This document shows positions 8,837 through 16,069 of a stretch of DNA of 40,824 nt, piece by piece. This DNA is from a virus. Lineage: Duplodnaviria > Caudoviricetes. Both the position numbers and the translations under genes were made by a program. How positions within the stretch are numbered: the stretch's first letter is position 1; each line of letters opens with the position of its first letter. The stretch covers positions 1 to 40,824 of IMG/VR virus record IMGVR_UViG_3300044724_001955; one strand, given 5' to 3'. The notes under the pieces were generated by a model. That model saw nothing but the letters and a program-made list of their open reading frames with translations. It was not told the DNA's origin and did not search any database.

Positions 8837-10534
8837 TTAATATCCGAAATCTGCATCTGCGGGTGTGTACGCTTGTTCCATACGTAAATGCCGCATCTGT
8901 GCTAGTGGGTCATTTACTCTTGGCCTTGACATAATAAGATACCGTAAGGCATCGTATGCGTGGTCAGGAGCATGTGTATTAACATCTTCAGGATTACTCT
9001 TATCCAGAGGAATACTTTGAAGCTCGCGTATCAGGCTAGGACAGCTACTGAAAATCTGTAATCTTGGTCGTCCGCTTGGCTGAAGCCTCAAGTATTCGTG
9101 GATTTGAATTTTACCCTGTATTCTGTTTTTATCTGCTCTACGCAGTTTATGGCCTTGTCTTACTAATGTTTCACCGACTGTAGGGCCTGTAGTCCCAGTA
9201 TGGGACCATGCTGCTGTATCTAATACGCCTTGAACTGAGAAAGGATCTTCTACTTCCATTTCTGTAATTTTGTATCCTAAGTCTTCGCCTGTTAAACCTT
9301 TTTGATACAATTCTCTATAAACAATAAGAGTACCGTCACTTGGATCTATAGCAGCCCATACACAAGCTGACTCACTGGCGTAACCATAATCCACTCCTTT
9401 AACTCTATCCCAGTGAATCGGGATTTGGAATGGAGGTACTACATGAACATCTATATCAAATTCGGTAAAAGCCGCCCCCTCGTTAACGTCCCAATTACCT
9501 TCTAATAGCTGCTTGCGTTGCGTAGGGGGCAAAGCTTTAAGCATTTGTTCGTAGCGCCCATCCTTTGCTAAAAAAGGATTATCTTCTAAACGAGCAGGTA
9601 TAAACTTTCTTGTAAGACCATCTTTACCTAAAAAACTTGTGTATGGTTCAGATGGTAATATGTATCTATTTTTAACCCAATGAGCACCAATGCCTCCGGG
9701 GTTAGCAGTACAACGCATGTAAGGCGTTATTTCACTGTCTGTTGTACGTAGTCGTGAAGCTAAGTAGTTCCAAGAGAACTCTGTGGGTAGGTGAGTAATC
9801 TCATCAAAACCTATCCAACTATACGCTTGTCCTTGATAACGGTATACGTCTGCATCACGCTCCAAGAAACCAAACTCTATCTTAGCCCCTGAAGGAAAGT
9901 TCCAAAGCTTCTCTACTTCACGGTATTTACAACCGGGGAAAGCTTTAGGGTATAACTCCCTTGACTTGTCTATAAGCTCTCGTAGCTCTGGCATAGACCG
10001 TCTTAGTATTAACGCCCTGTGTGCGGCTCTGTGAGCGTATCTGAGAGGATCTACGAGCATTGCATAGCTCTTACCACCCCCTGCTGCTCCACCGTACAGA
10101 ACGTCTAATTCGCTCGAAGCTAGGAAGTCTTCTTGTGGCCCTTCGTTAGCTTTAAAAACTATGTTGTCTTGGTTTTCTTCTAGATGTTTTTTTACATTAT
10201 CTGGTAGTGTATCTAAATAATCTTCTTCAACAAGTTGATTATTACTACGTGCGTCTAGCTTTTTAAATATTTCTTGTTTCTTACTGAGTGCTTTTCTTTT
10301 GTCAGTAATCTGTTTACTTAAAGAATTTATCTTATTTTGCGTAGTCTTAACAGATCTCCTTGCAGAAATTTTAGCTTTCTGTTCAGAGTGGTAGTTATAA
10401 CCTTTCGGTTTAGTACCTAACTTACGCCCTGATATTTTTTTTGGTGTACCATCTACTTTTAAAACAAAAGAACCATCTTCATTCTTTAAGTATTTTTCAG
10501 GATGGATTAGCCAATCTTTCGTCTCTTCGACCAT
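8837..10534 (-). CDS. terL: Terminase large subunit with basic N-terminal extension
   Basis: Walker A YGGAAGGGKS, Walker B IGFDE, TANPGG, nuclease motifs GVDYG and DHAYDALRY. Confidence 0.95.
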   Translation of the reverse strand: MVEETKDWLIHPEKYLKNEDGSFVLKVDGTPKKISGRKLGTKPKGYNYHSEQKAKISARRSVKTTQNKINSLSKQITDKRKALSKKQEIFKKLDARSNNQLVEEDYLDTLPDNVKKHLEENQDNIVFKANEGPQEDFLASSELDVLYGGAAGGGKSYAMLVDPLRYAHRAAHRALILRRSMPELRELIDKSRELYPKAFPGCKYREVEKLWNFPSGAKIEFGFLERDADVYRYQGQAYSWIGFDEITHLPTEFSWNYLASRLRTTDSEITPYMRCTANPGGIGAHWVKNRYILPSEPYTSFLGKDGLTRKFIPARLEDNPFLAKDGRYEQMLKALPPTQRKQLLEGNWDVNEGAAFTEFDIDVHVVPPFQIPIHWDRVKGVDYGYASESACVWAAIDPSDGTLIVYRELYQKGLTGEDLGYKITEMEVEDPFSVQGVLDTAAWSHTGTTGPTVGETLVRQGHKLRRADKNRIQGKIQIHEYLRLQPSGRPRLQIFSSCPSLIRELQSIPLDKSNPEDVNTHAPDHAYDALRYLIMSRPRVNDPLAQMRHLRMEQAYTPADADFGY

Positions 10535-10802
10535 AAAGTTTATCTACGTGTTTTTGTAATCCTCGTGCTGACATAGTACGGTTTGTCTTATGTTCCAGCC
10601 ATTCTGAAGCAAGTCTAAGACTTAACTCTTCATTAGCAACCATTTTAGAAATAAAATCTAAAGATTCTAATTCAGAATCTACAGGCTTTAACCAACCACT
10701 AATGTCTGATATACGGTAACCAAAAGGTATTGTGGACGTTACACGTTTAATATACTTTTCAGGAATAGGTGAAACATCTTCGTTAAGCTTCATCAAAATC
10801 AC
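10497..10802 (-). CDS. Small putative DNA-binding protein (PFGY motif, recombinase-domain-like)
   Basis: 101 aa; STIPFGY...SLRLASEWL...MSARGL; overlaps both terS and terL. Confidence 0.55.
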   Translation of the reverse strand: MILMKLNEDVSPIPEKYIKRVTSTIPFGYRISDISGWLKPVDSELESLDFISKMVANEELSLRLASEWLEHKTNRTMSARGLQKHVDKLYGRRDERLANPS

Positions 10803-11199
10803 CTTCTAAAATAACTGATTCTTTTTTAGGTAAAATAAATAAACCACCTGATATATTGTGGTCTACACTAACTTTTTCTGTCTTTGTAACACCTACTCTA
10901 TCTAAAATAGTCTGAGCAGCTTGTAACTTTGAACTAACTTGTGGGAAAGGTCTATCACTCTGCATTATTTCCACAAGCTTAAACGCAGCTTTTGGAGCGT
11001 TGTGAGCTAACAGGTTCTGGGCCAAATCTACTAATTCGTCTTTTAAGCTTTGAATTACTTGATAGTGATTGCTCTTGTATCCTGCTAATTCCGCAGATTG
11101 TTTAAGATCACCTCCCGTTGAAACAACATGATCTAAGAAAGACTGTTGCATTTCAGTTAGTTTTTTACTACTACTTTTTCTTTCAATAGAATAATTCAT
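10783..11199 (-). CDS. terS: Terminase small subunit
   Basis: LTEMQQSFL...SAELAGY HTH-like start and AAQTILDRVG; first gene of the packaging operon. Confidence 0.75.
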   Translation of the reverse strand: MNYSIERKSSSKKLTEMQQSFLDHVVSTGGDLKQSAELAGYKSNHYQVIQSLKDELVDLAQNLLAHNAPKAAFKLVEIMQSDRPFPQVSSKLQAAQTILDRVGVTKTEKVSVDHNISGGLFILPKKESVILEGDFDEA

Positions 11200-11207
11200 A
11201 TCCCTGT

Positions 11208-11236
11208 ATTATAGGGTTGTATTAAGGTTTTGTCAA
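11208..11236 (-). promoter_or_regulatory. Consensus sigma70 promoter for the packaging/structural arm (near-leaderless terS mRNA)
   Basis: TTGACA (11236-11231), 17-nt spacer, TATAAT (11213-11208); ATG at 11199. Confidence 0.85.
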
Positions 11237-11262
11237 GTAATATATGAAAGTATTAAAATATC

Positions 11263-11291
11263 TTGACAAACTAGAGTTTCAACTGTATACT
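11263..11291 (+). promoter_or_regulatory. Sigma70 promoter, back-to-back with the terS promoter
   Basis: TTGACA (11263-11268), 17-nt spacer, TATACT (11286-11291). Confidence 0.75.
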
Positions 11292-11454
11292 AAAGCAGTC
11301 CTTGTCCAAGGTTTGCATAGTAAATAGAGATACTGTTTATAGTGCTGTAAAACCCCCTCCTTATTTCCAAACCTTCCTAGTTTCTAAGTAAAGACTTTAT
11401 AGTTCCGCTTGTCTGGTACACTTACTTAATTCTGTAGAAATGTATGTGATTGCT

Positions 11455-11640
11455 ATATATACCCCGGTAGGGGGGGTGGTGACCTGCCCGGGTGTGTAGA
11501 TCCATGAGATTGTATAGTCTAGATAGCTTAGCAGTCTAATAGACCTAGCAGTCTGGTAAAGTCTATACTAACTAGGCAGCTAGACTGTCTAGATAGTATG
11601 GTTTAGGTAGACTGTCTAGTTTACAAAGTCTGTATAGAGT
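11455..11640. other. Probable genome terminus / terminal-repeat region
   Basis: Non-coding; ATATATA then a GC island (CCCCGGTAGGGGGGGTGG...CCCGGG), followed by dense AGTCT/AGACT/CTAG short repeats (TAGACTGTCTAG at 11581 and 11608). It lies between terS and the first early gene. Confidence 0.5.
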
Positions 11641-11753
11641 GTAGGGTGAGGATATTAATACTGGTTAGGCAAACTACTAAATCGAGTAGCTTCATTGACT
11701 TAGCACGTTAAACCGACGAAGCAGCAAGCTTTTACGCTGTCAGTCAAAAAAGC

Positions 11754-11856
11754 GTAGACTCCTTAGTTTTAAGAAGATTTAAAAATTTATTTAACTCTCT
11801 TTCTTGAGAGTCAAATAAACTCTCAAATCTTTTAATCTTAAAACTAAGGAGTCTAC
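11754..11856. repeat. 103-nt inverted repeat covering the RBS of the first early gene
   Basis: Perfect 21-bp outer arms (11754-11774/11836-11856) and 25-bp inner arms (11775-11799/11806-11830) with 4 mismatches. Confidence 0.9.
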
Positions 11857-11857
11857 T

Positions 11858-12334
11858 ATGACTAACAACGTAAAAGCTTCAACAACCGCTACTTCATCAG
11901 TCCAACGTGCAACAGCAAGTCAATGTGGCGCTATAGCTTCTCGATTTAGCTGTCTGCCTAACTTGGAGCCTATTGCTAGAGAGGCTTGGGCTGCTAAGAA
12001 GGATGCTGATCCACAAGCTTGTATGAATGGCAAGCTTTATGCTTTGATCAAAGACTTCTTTGAGTCTTGGGCCAAGGCAGATGATGAGACTGCTGCTCTA
12101 ACGAACAGTTTAGTTCAGCAGTTCTTAGGCTCAGCTGAAGGTCAGATGAACCAGATAGTCTCATTAGATGAGATTGTCCCCGGACTTCATCAGTACTTCA
12201 TTGAAGAAGCTGCTAAGAAGGACATTGATATGTCTTCAGCAGCTTATGTTAAACAAGATCGTTATGCCACAAAGGCAGACGCTCGGCCAGTGACTGAGGT
12301 GTTAGCTAGTTTCTTAGCAACTCTGAAGGGCTAA
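11858..12334 (+). CDS. First early gene, unknown function
   Basis: 158 aa; TAAGGAG SD; followed by a strong terminator. Confidence 0.8.
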   Translation: MTNNVKASTTATSSVQRATASQCGAIASRFSCLPNLEPIAREAWAAKKDADPQACMNGKLYALIKDFFESWAKADDETAALTNSLVQQFLGSAEGQMNQIVSLDEIVPGLHQYFIEEAAKKDIDMSSAAYVKQDRYATKADARPVTEVLASFLATLKG

Positions 12335-12346
12335 GTAGATCAAGAG

Positions 12347-12383
12347 AGCTGGGCAGTCTATTAGGCTGCTCAGCTTTTTTTTT
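12347..12383 (+). terminator. Intrinsic terminator
   Basis: AGCTGGGCAGTCT-ATT-AGGCTGCTCAGCT followed by a long T run. Confidence 0.9.
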
Positions 12384-12391
12384 AAAACTAG

Positions 12392-12416
12392 GTTTCTAGA
12401 TATACTATTGTTGGAG
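12392..12416 (+). repeat. 25-bp early-region repeat, copy 1 (putative promoter/regulatory site)
   Basis: GTTTCTAGATATACTATTGTTGGAG. Confidence 0.85.
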
Positions 12417-12421
12417 ATAAT

Positions 12422-12625
12422 ATGAATAATTTTTTAGAAGTAAACAAAGATCCTTGTAATATTATAAAGAATATAGATGAGAAGATAACAGCATTGAGCA
12501 AAGCTCAACATTGTATATCTTCTTTAAAAACTATTAGTCCTGATTGTATAGAAGATAGATACAGATCAATGCTATCAGAACTGATATTAGATCTATATGA
12601 TCATAGAGATCAGCATTTACTTTAG
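12422..12625 (+). CDS. Hypothetical early protein
   Basis: 67 aa; GGAG SD supplied by repeat copy 1. Confidence 0.65.
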   Translation: MNNFLEVNKDPCNIIKNIDEKITALSKAQHCISSLKTISPDCIEDRYRSMLSELILDLYDHRDQHLL

Positions 12626-12633
12626 TATTAGAA

Positions 12634-12669
12634 AGACCTGAACATGTCTGTAAACTGTTCAGTTTTTTT
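12634..12669 (+). ncRNA. H-type pseudoknot motif plus U-tract, copy 1
   Basis: AGAC-CT-GAACA-T-GTCT-GTAAAC-TGTTC then AGTTTTTTT; covaries with the copy at 15919. Confidence 0.6.
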
Positions 12670-12677
12670 AAAAATAA

Positions 12678-12702
12678 GTTTCTAGATATACTATTGTTGG
12701 AG
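12678..12702 (+). repeat. 25-bp early-region repeat, copy 2
   Basis: Identical to copy 1. Confidence 0.85.
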
Positions 12703-12712
12703 ATATATAAGT

Positions 12713-12835
12713 ATGAATATCATGATAGATCTTGACAAAGAAATAATTCATTTACATGAACACATAGAAGGATTAGAAGGTTTAATAAATAGTTTGTTTA
12801 CTGAAATTGAAAGACTAAATCAAGAGGTAGAATAA
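12713..12835 (+). CDS. Small acidic coiled-coil protein (40 aa, below track cut-off)
   Basis: MNIMIDLDKEIIHLHEHIEGLEGLINSLFTEIERLNQEVE; GGAG upstream; lies between repeat copies 2 and 3. Confidence 0.55.
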   Translation: MNIMIDLDKEIIHLHEHIEGLEGLINSLFTEIERLNQEVE

Positions 12836-12851
12836 AACAGTTTTAAAATAT

Positions 12852-12876
12852 GTTTCTAGATATACTATTGTTGGAG
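12852..12876 (+). repeat. 25-bp early-region repeat, copy 3
   Basis: Identical to copy 1; no adjacent start codon. Confidence 0.85.
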
Positions 12877-12948
12877 CAAGATAGGTATCAAAAAATTAAA
12901 CCCCTCACCCTTACGGGCTTCAATTTTTTTTAAACTACAGGAGATGAT

Positions 12949-13143
12949 ATGACAATAGGAACAAGAACTTTTGTACATAACGCAGTTAGCGTTACTTTAA
13001 AAAAGTGTCCTAAAAGAGAAGGCTCTGAGTCTGATCCAAACTGGGATGTAATTATTACAGATGATAAAGGAGATAAAGTTATTATATATTGTTTTGGTTA
13101 TGGTAAAGAAATTAAATTTATAGAAGATTTATCAGGAGAATAA
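12949..13143 (+). CDS. Hypothetical early protein
   Basis: 64 aa; AGGAG SD. Confidence 0.7.
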   Translation: MTIGTRTFVHNAVSVTLKKCPKREGSESDPNWDVIITDDKGDKVIIYCFGYGKEIKFIEDLSGE

Positions 13144-13144
13144 A

Positions 13145-13411
13145 ATGTATTATGCAAGACGAGCTTACTCAGTATCTAATATCTGGACATTATCTGATAC
13201 TATTCAAGGGTTTACTAAACATTTCACAAGAGGAGATAACATTGTTATAACAAATAAAAATCCTAATAATGATGTAATTGCAAAACATTATAAGGTTAAA
13301 GAAACTAAGGTAGTTCGTAATAAAGAAATAAAAGATCAAAATTTAGAAGTTTATAAACTTATAAATAAAGTTTGGGTTAGCTCTAATGCAACTGTAACAG
13401 GAACTAAATAA
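13145..13411 (+). CDS. Hypothetical protein, MYYA paralog 1
   Basis: 88 aa; AGGAG SD; aligns by eye with 13685-13912. Confidence 0.75.
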   Translation: MYYARRAYSVSNIWTLSDTIQGFTKHFTRGDNIVITNKNPNNDVIAKHYKVKETKVVRNKEIKDQNLEVYKLINKVWVSSNATVTGTK

Positions 13412-13434
13412 TGAAATCTATAAAAGGAAATAAC

Positions 13435-13680
13435 ATGAGCATTTTAAAATTAAAAGTAATCACTAATCGTCCAGCACCTAAAAGAAATACTCAGCCAGCA
13501 TCAAACTGGAGAGAGTTACTAGCACCTATGAAACGTGGTCATTGGTTTGAAGTTAAATGTAAAACTGGTGATAAAATGTACAATCGAGTAGGTGCAGCAG
13601 CTAATGTTTATTGCAAAGGTCGCTATACTTTTTATAAAGTATCAGAGAATCGTTACATTTTTGAAATTAACAAAGGATAA
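13435..13680 (+). CDS. Small basic putative DNA-binding protein
   Basis: Start at 13435 preferred (AAAGGA SD); 81 aa; PAPKR...WRELLAPMKRGHWFEV pattern. Confidence 0.65.
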   Translation: MSILKLKVITNRPAPKRNTQPASNWRELLAPMKRGHWFEVKCKTGDKMYNRVGAAANVYCKGRYTFYKVSENRYIFEINKG

Positions 13681-13684
13681 TAAT

Positions 13685-13912
13685 ATGTATTATGCAACTA
13701 AAGCTAAAGCAAACATTGAAATGTGGTGGATGAGTAAAACTTTAAAAGGTTTTCTTAGAAACTTTAAAGAAGAAGATCAGATTCTTGTTTGTAAAACTAA
13801 GCCTTCAGAAGCTATGTATGGTTACTATTATAAAATAGTAGACGGAAAAGTTAAGCGTCATCCAAACAAAGCAGTCAATGTAATGTGGTTAGCAAGGGAA
13901 GTAGGCTTATGA
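13685..13912 (+). CDS. Hypothetical protein, MYYA paralog 2
   Basis: Start at 13685 preferred (AAGGA SD; MYYA start shared with paralog); 75 aa. Confidence 0.75.
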   Translation: MYYATKAKANIEMWWMSKTLKGFLRNFKEEDQILVCKTKPSEAMYGYYYKIVDGKVKRHPNKAVNVMWLAREVGL

Positions 13913-14073
13913 AATTTGTATACATAGCTGTTAATTTGTATAGCTCAGACTCTAGAATATGGGAGTCGTTAGAAGTCTATGACACTCAGCAAAAAGCTTT
14001 AGATAGTTTAGAGTCTAATAAAAAAAACATAGACTTGATTAGTAGCAAGCTATCTATTAAGAAGGTGCAATAA
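13909..14073 (+). CDS. Hypothetical protein
   Basis: 54 aa from the ATGA overlap with the previous stop. Confidence 0.6.
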   Translation: MKFVYIAVNLYSSDSRIWESLEVYDTQQKALDSLESNKKNIDLISSKLSIKKVQ

Positions 14074-14091
14074 ATAAGTGTGAACTAGTCA

Positions 14092-14131
14092 TTGACTTTA
14101 CTACTAAAATATGCTAAAATATTTTAGTAGT
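14092..14131 (+). promoter_or_regulatory. Sigma70 promoter overlapped by a 13-bp inverted repeat
   Basis: TTGACT-17-TAAAAT with extended TG; ACTACTAAAATAT (14100-14112) / ATATTTTAGTAGT (14119-14131). Confidence 0.7.
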
Positions 14132-14142
14132 TTTACTTTACT

Positions 14143-14199
14143 GAAGTACCTTTAAAACGTTATTGCTACTAATTGCTATGATTTAAAGGTACTTCTTTT
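14143..14199 (+). terminator. Leader hairpin (attenuator or processing site)
   Basis: GAAGTACCTTTAAA (14143-14156) / TTTAAAGGTACTTC (14182-14195) followed by TTTT. Confidence 0.5.
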
Positions 14200-14226
14200 A
14201 ATCTTAAACTTTAATGGAGTGTTACA

Positions 14227-14580
14227 ATGGGTTCTTTAAATAATATATTACTAGAATTAGAAGAGTTAGATGAGATATCAGAACTGAGTTACTTAGAAGA
14301 AAAATTACATGAAGTTATAGTTGCTGTTGAAGTATTAGAGAGTAAGTTAGACATGTTAACTTACATTAGTTCAACACCTGCTATTACAAAGTCTTTATTA
14401 AAATACTTAGAGCGAAGAGCTATGTATGCTGAAGAGCCTAGTAGAACTATGTATTATAATAATTTAATAACTTCAGTTATACTTTCATTTGGTAGGTTTA
14501 AAATGAATGAAGAAGAATCTAAGAAACGAATAGCAATATATGATGAGGAGGATAAAATTAAAAATGAAACCAACAATTGA
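14227..14580 (+). CDS. Hypothetical protein
   Basis: 117 aa, acidic helical N-terminus; GGAG SD. Confidence 0.7.
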   Translation: MGSLNNILLELEELDEISELSYLEEKLHEVIVAVEVLESKLDMLTYISSTPAITKSLLKYLERRAMYAEEPSRTMYYNNLITSVILSFGRFKMNEEESKKRIAIYDEEDKIKNETNN

Positions 14581-14824
14581 ACCAAGTTTGTCTTATGAAG
14601 AGAAGATTACCTTTCTTAGAAATAAGTTAAGAGATCACGCTAATCCTAAAGACTTAGGATGGACTACAGTTAGCCAGCTACTAGGTTTATCTAGTGGAAG
14701 CAAACTAAAGAAGCGGTTAGTAAATGGGTTGCATAAAAGAGAGTGGGACTTAGCAGCCGAAGGACTCATAAGACATGTACAATATCAAGATGAACTTGAT
14801 AAGTTTAGTTATACCATTAAGTAA
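14564..14824 (+). CDS. Hypothetical protein, possible HTH
   Basis: 86 aa from 14564 (GAGGAGG upstream); LGWTTVSQLLGLSS resembles an HTH. Confidence 0.55.
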   Translation: MKPTIEPSLSYEEKITFLRNKLRDHANPKDLGWTTVSQLLGLSSGSKLKKRLVNGLHKREWDLAAEGLIRHVQYQDELDKFSYTIK

Positions 14825-14891
14825 CTTCGTGTTTAAAACCCCTCAATCCTGTGGGGTTTCACTCACTCAACTAGAAAATAAAGGAAATATA

Positions 14892-15911
14892 ATGAACACA
14901 GTAGCTACATTTACATCAAGAAGTAACAAGCGACAGCAGATCATTGAAGACTTAGGATCGTTGCCAGAAAGTGTAACCTTTGGAACATACACTTTGCCTT
15001 TGTTCTATGATGATATGAAAACAGAAGGGACTGGTATGTCTAAGTATCACAAGCGTGTATTGCTTATGAATGATCATACTAACGAGCCGTTATCTATAGT
15101 TGGTAGAAACTATAAAAATACTGACTCACATGCTGATCAGTTTGGTTACATGGAAGATATGATTGTTAATTCTACATTAAACTTAGAAGGTTTAAGTAGA
15201 GAGGTATCAGTATCTCACGGTGGTGGGAGAGCGTATGCTAGGTATCGCTTCCCTGCTCACACAGTACAGACAGGAGAAGGTGATGAGACTGTAATGGAAA
15301 TGGTAGGCCGTAATAGCTTTGATGGCTCATGGCCCTCTATCTTTGAGCTAGGAGCATGGAGAATGATCTGTTGTAACCTTCAGGTTATTGGAACTGTGAC
15401 TGCTGTGTCTCGACGAAGACATACAAAGCATTCAAACATTGAAGGTGCAGTAGCTGAGCTAGGTAATTGTTTAGAATCTTTTATGAAAGAAGGTGAGCTT
15501 TGGAATCAATACCGACAGGTTGCTGTTTCAGACAAGCAAGCCTTTCAAGTTCTTGCTACTCTCTCAGAAAACAAACATGCTATTGCAGGTATAGATACTG
15601 TAAACAATTCTCCGTTTGATACAGCATCTAATATTCTAGAAATGTTAGACAAAGCTACGAAAACTAAGAATGGACATGAACGTAAGAAAAGTTCTTTGAA
15701 AACTCTTTGGAATCTTTATAAGCAAGAGTACTCTCCTTCTCTTGGCAGCAATCTGTTAGCTCTGTATAACACAATGACTGACTGGAGTACGCATCATCAG
15801 AACATGCGTGAAAGCAAATCACCTCATACGATTTCTTCTTTACAGGTGCAAGCATCTGAGAAAGTTCGTAAGGTAATTCAGACTCAGCCTGTCTTTAGAA
15901 TTGCAGCATAA
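14892..15911 (+). CDS. DUF932-family protein
   Basis: Start at 14892 (AAGGA SD); LSIVGRNY, NSFDGS, RMICCN, RRRHT and LLALYNTMTDWSTH motifs. Confidence 0.8.
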   Translation: MNTVATFTSRSNKRQQIIEDLGSLPESVTFGTYTLPLFYDDMKTEGTGMSKYHKRVLLMNDHTNEPLSIVGRNYKNTDSHADQFGYMEDMIVNSTLNLEGLSREVSVSHGGGRAYARYRFPAHTVQTGEGDETVMEMVGRNSFDGSWPSIFELGAWRMICCNLQVIGTVTAVSRRRHTKHSNIEGAVAELGNCLESFMKEGELWNQYRQVAVSDKQAFQVLATLSENKHAIAGIDTVNNSPFDTASNILEMLDKATKTKNGHERKKSSLKTLWNLYKQEYSPSLGSNLLALYNTMTDWSTHHQNMRESKSPHTISSLQVQASEKVRKVIQTQPVFRIAA

Positions 15912-15918
15912 CCTTAGT

Positions 15919-15958
15919 TCACCTAAGCATGTGATTAAACTGCTTCATATTTTTTTTT
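15919..15958 (+). ncRNA. H-type pseudoknot motif plus U-tract, copy 2
   Basis: TCAC-CT-AAGCA-T-GTGA-TTAAAC-TGCTT then CATA and a T run. Confidence 0.6.
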
Positions 15959-15965
15959 AATGATG

Positions 15966-15989
15966 GTTACTAAGTATACTATTGTTGGA
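15966..15989 (+). repeat. 25-bp early-region repeat, degenerate copy 4
   Basis: GTTACTAAGTATACTATTGTTGGA; the core TATACTATTGTTGGA is intact. Confidence 0.75.
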
Positions 15990-16010
15990 TAAAATAAACA
16001 AAGAAAAAGC

Positions 16011-16039
16011 TTGACAGGTCTATTTAGACTCTATAGTAT
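16011..16039 (+). promoter_or_regulatory. Sigma70 promoter for the replication operon
   Basis: TTGACA-17-TAGTAT upstream of the SSB gene. Confidence 0.6.
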
Positions 16040-16069
16040 TGACAAACCACTTAATTAAGGAATTACAAT

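Noticed and set aside
10497-10802. Integrase / temperate lifestyle
   Set aside because: Only a small putative DNA-binding domain; no catalytic recombinase domain, repressor module or host flanks.
11786-11814. Minus-strand promoter inside the long hairpin (TTGACT)
   Set aside because: No acceptable -10 at 16-18 nt spacing.
12634-12660. Pseudoknot as a preQ1-I or SAM-II riboswitch
   Set aside because: It lacks the consensus I recall for either, and it lies 3' of genes with no related metabolic gene downstream.
12392-12876. 25-bp repeats as a CRISPR array
   Set aside because: Spacing is long and irregular, the intervals contain genes, and there is no cas operon.
12890-12932. A/T-flanked CCC-TTAC-GGG stem; AAACCCCTCA also occurs near 14837
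   Set aside because: The stems are short and the match could be chance; no consistent structure could be supported.
13592-14891. Upstream starts given by the track (13592, 13885, 14540, 14775)
   Set aside because: Downstream ATGs have SD sequences or stop-start coupling and avoid long overlaps.
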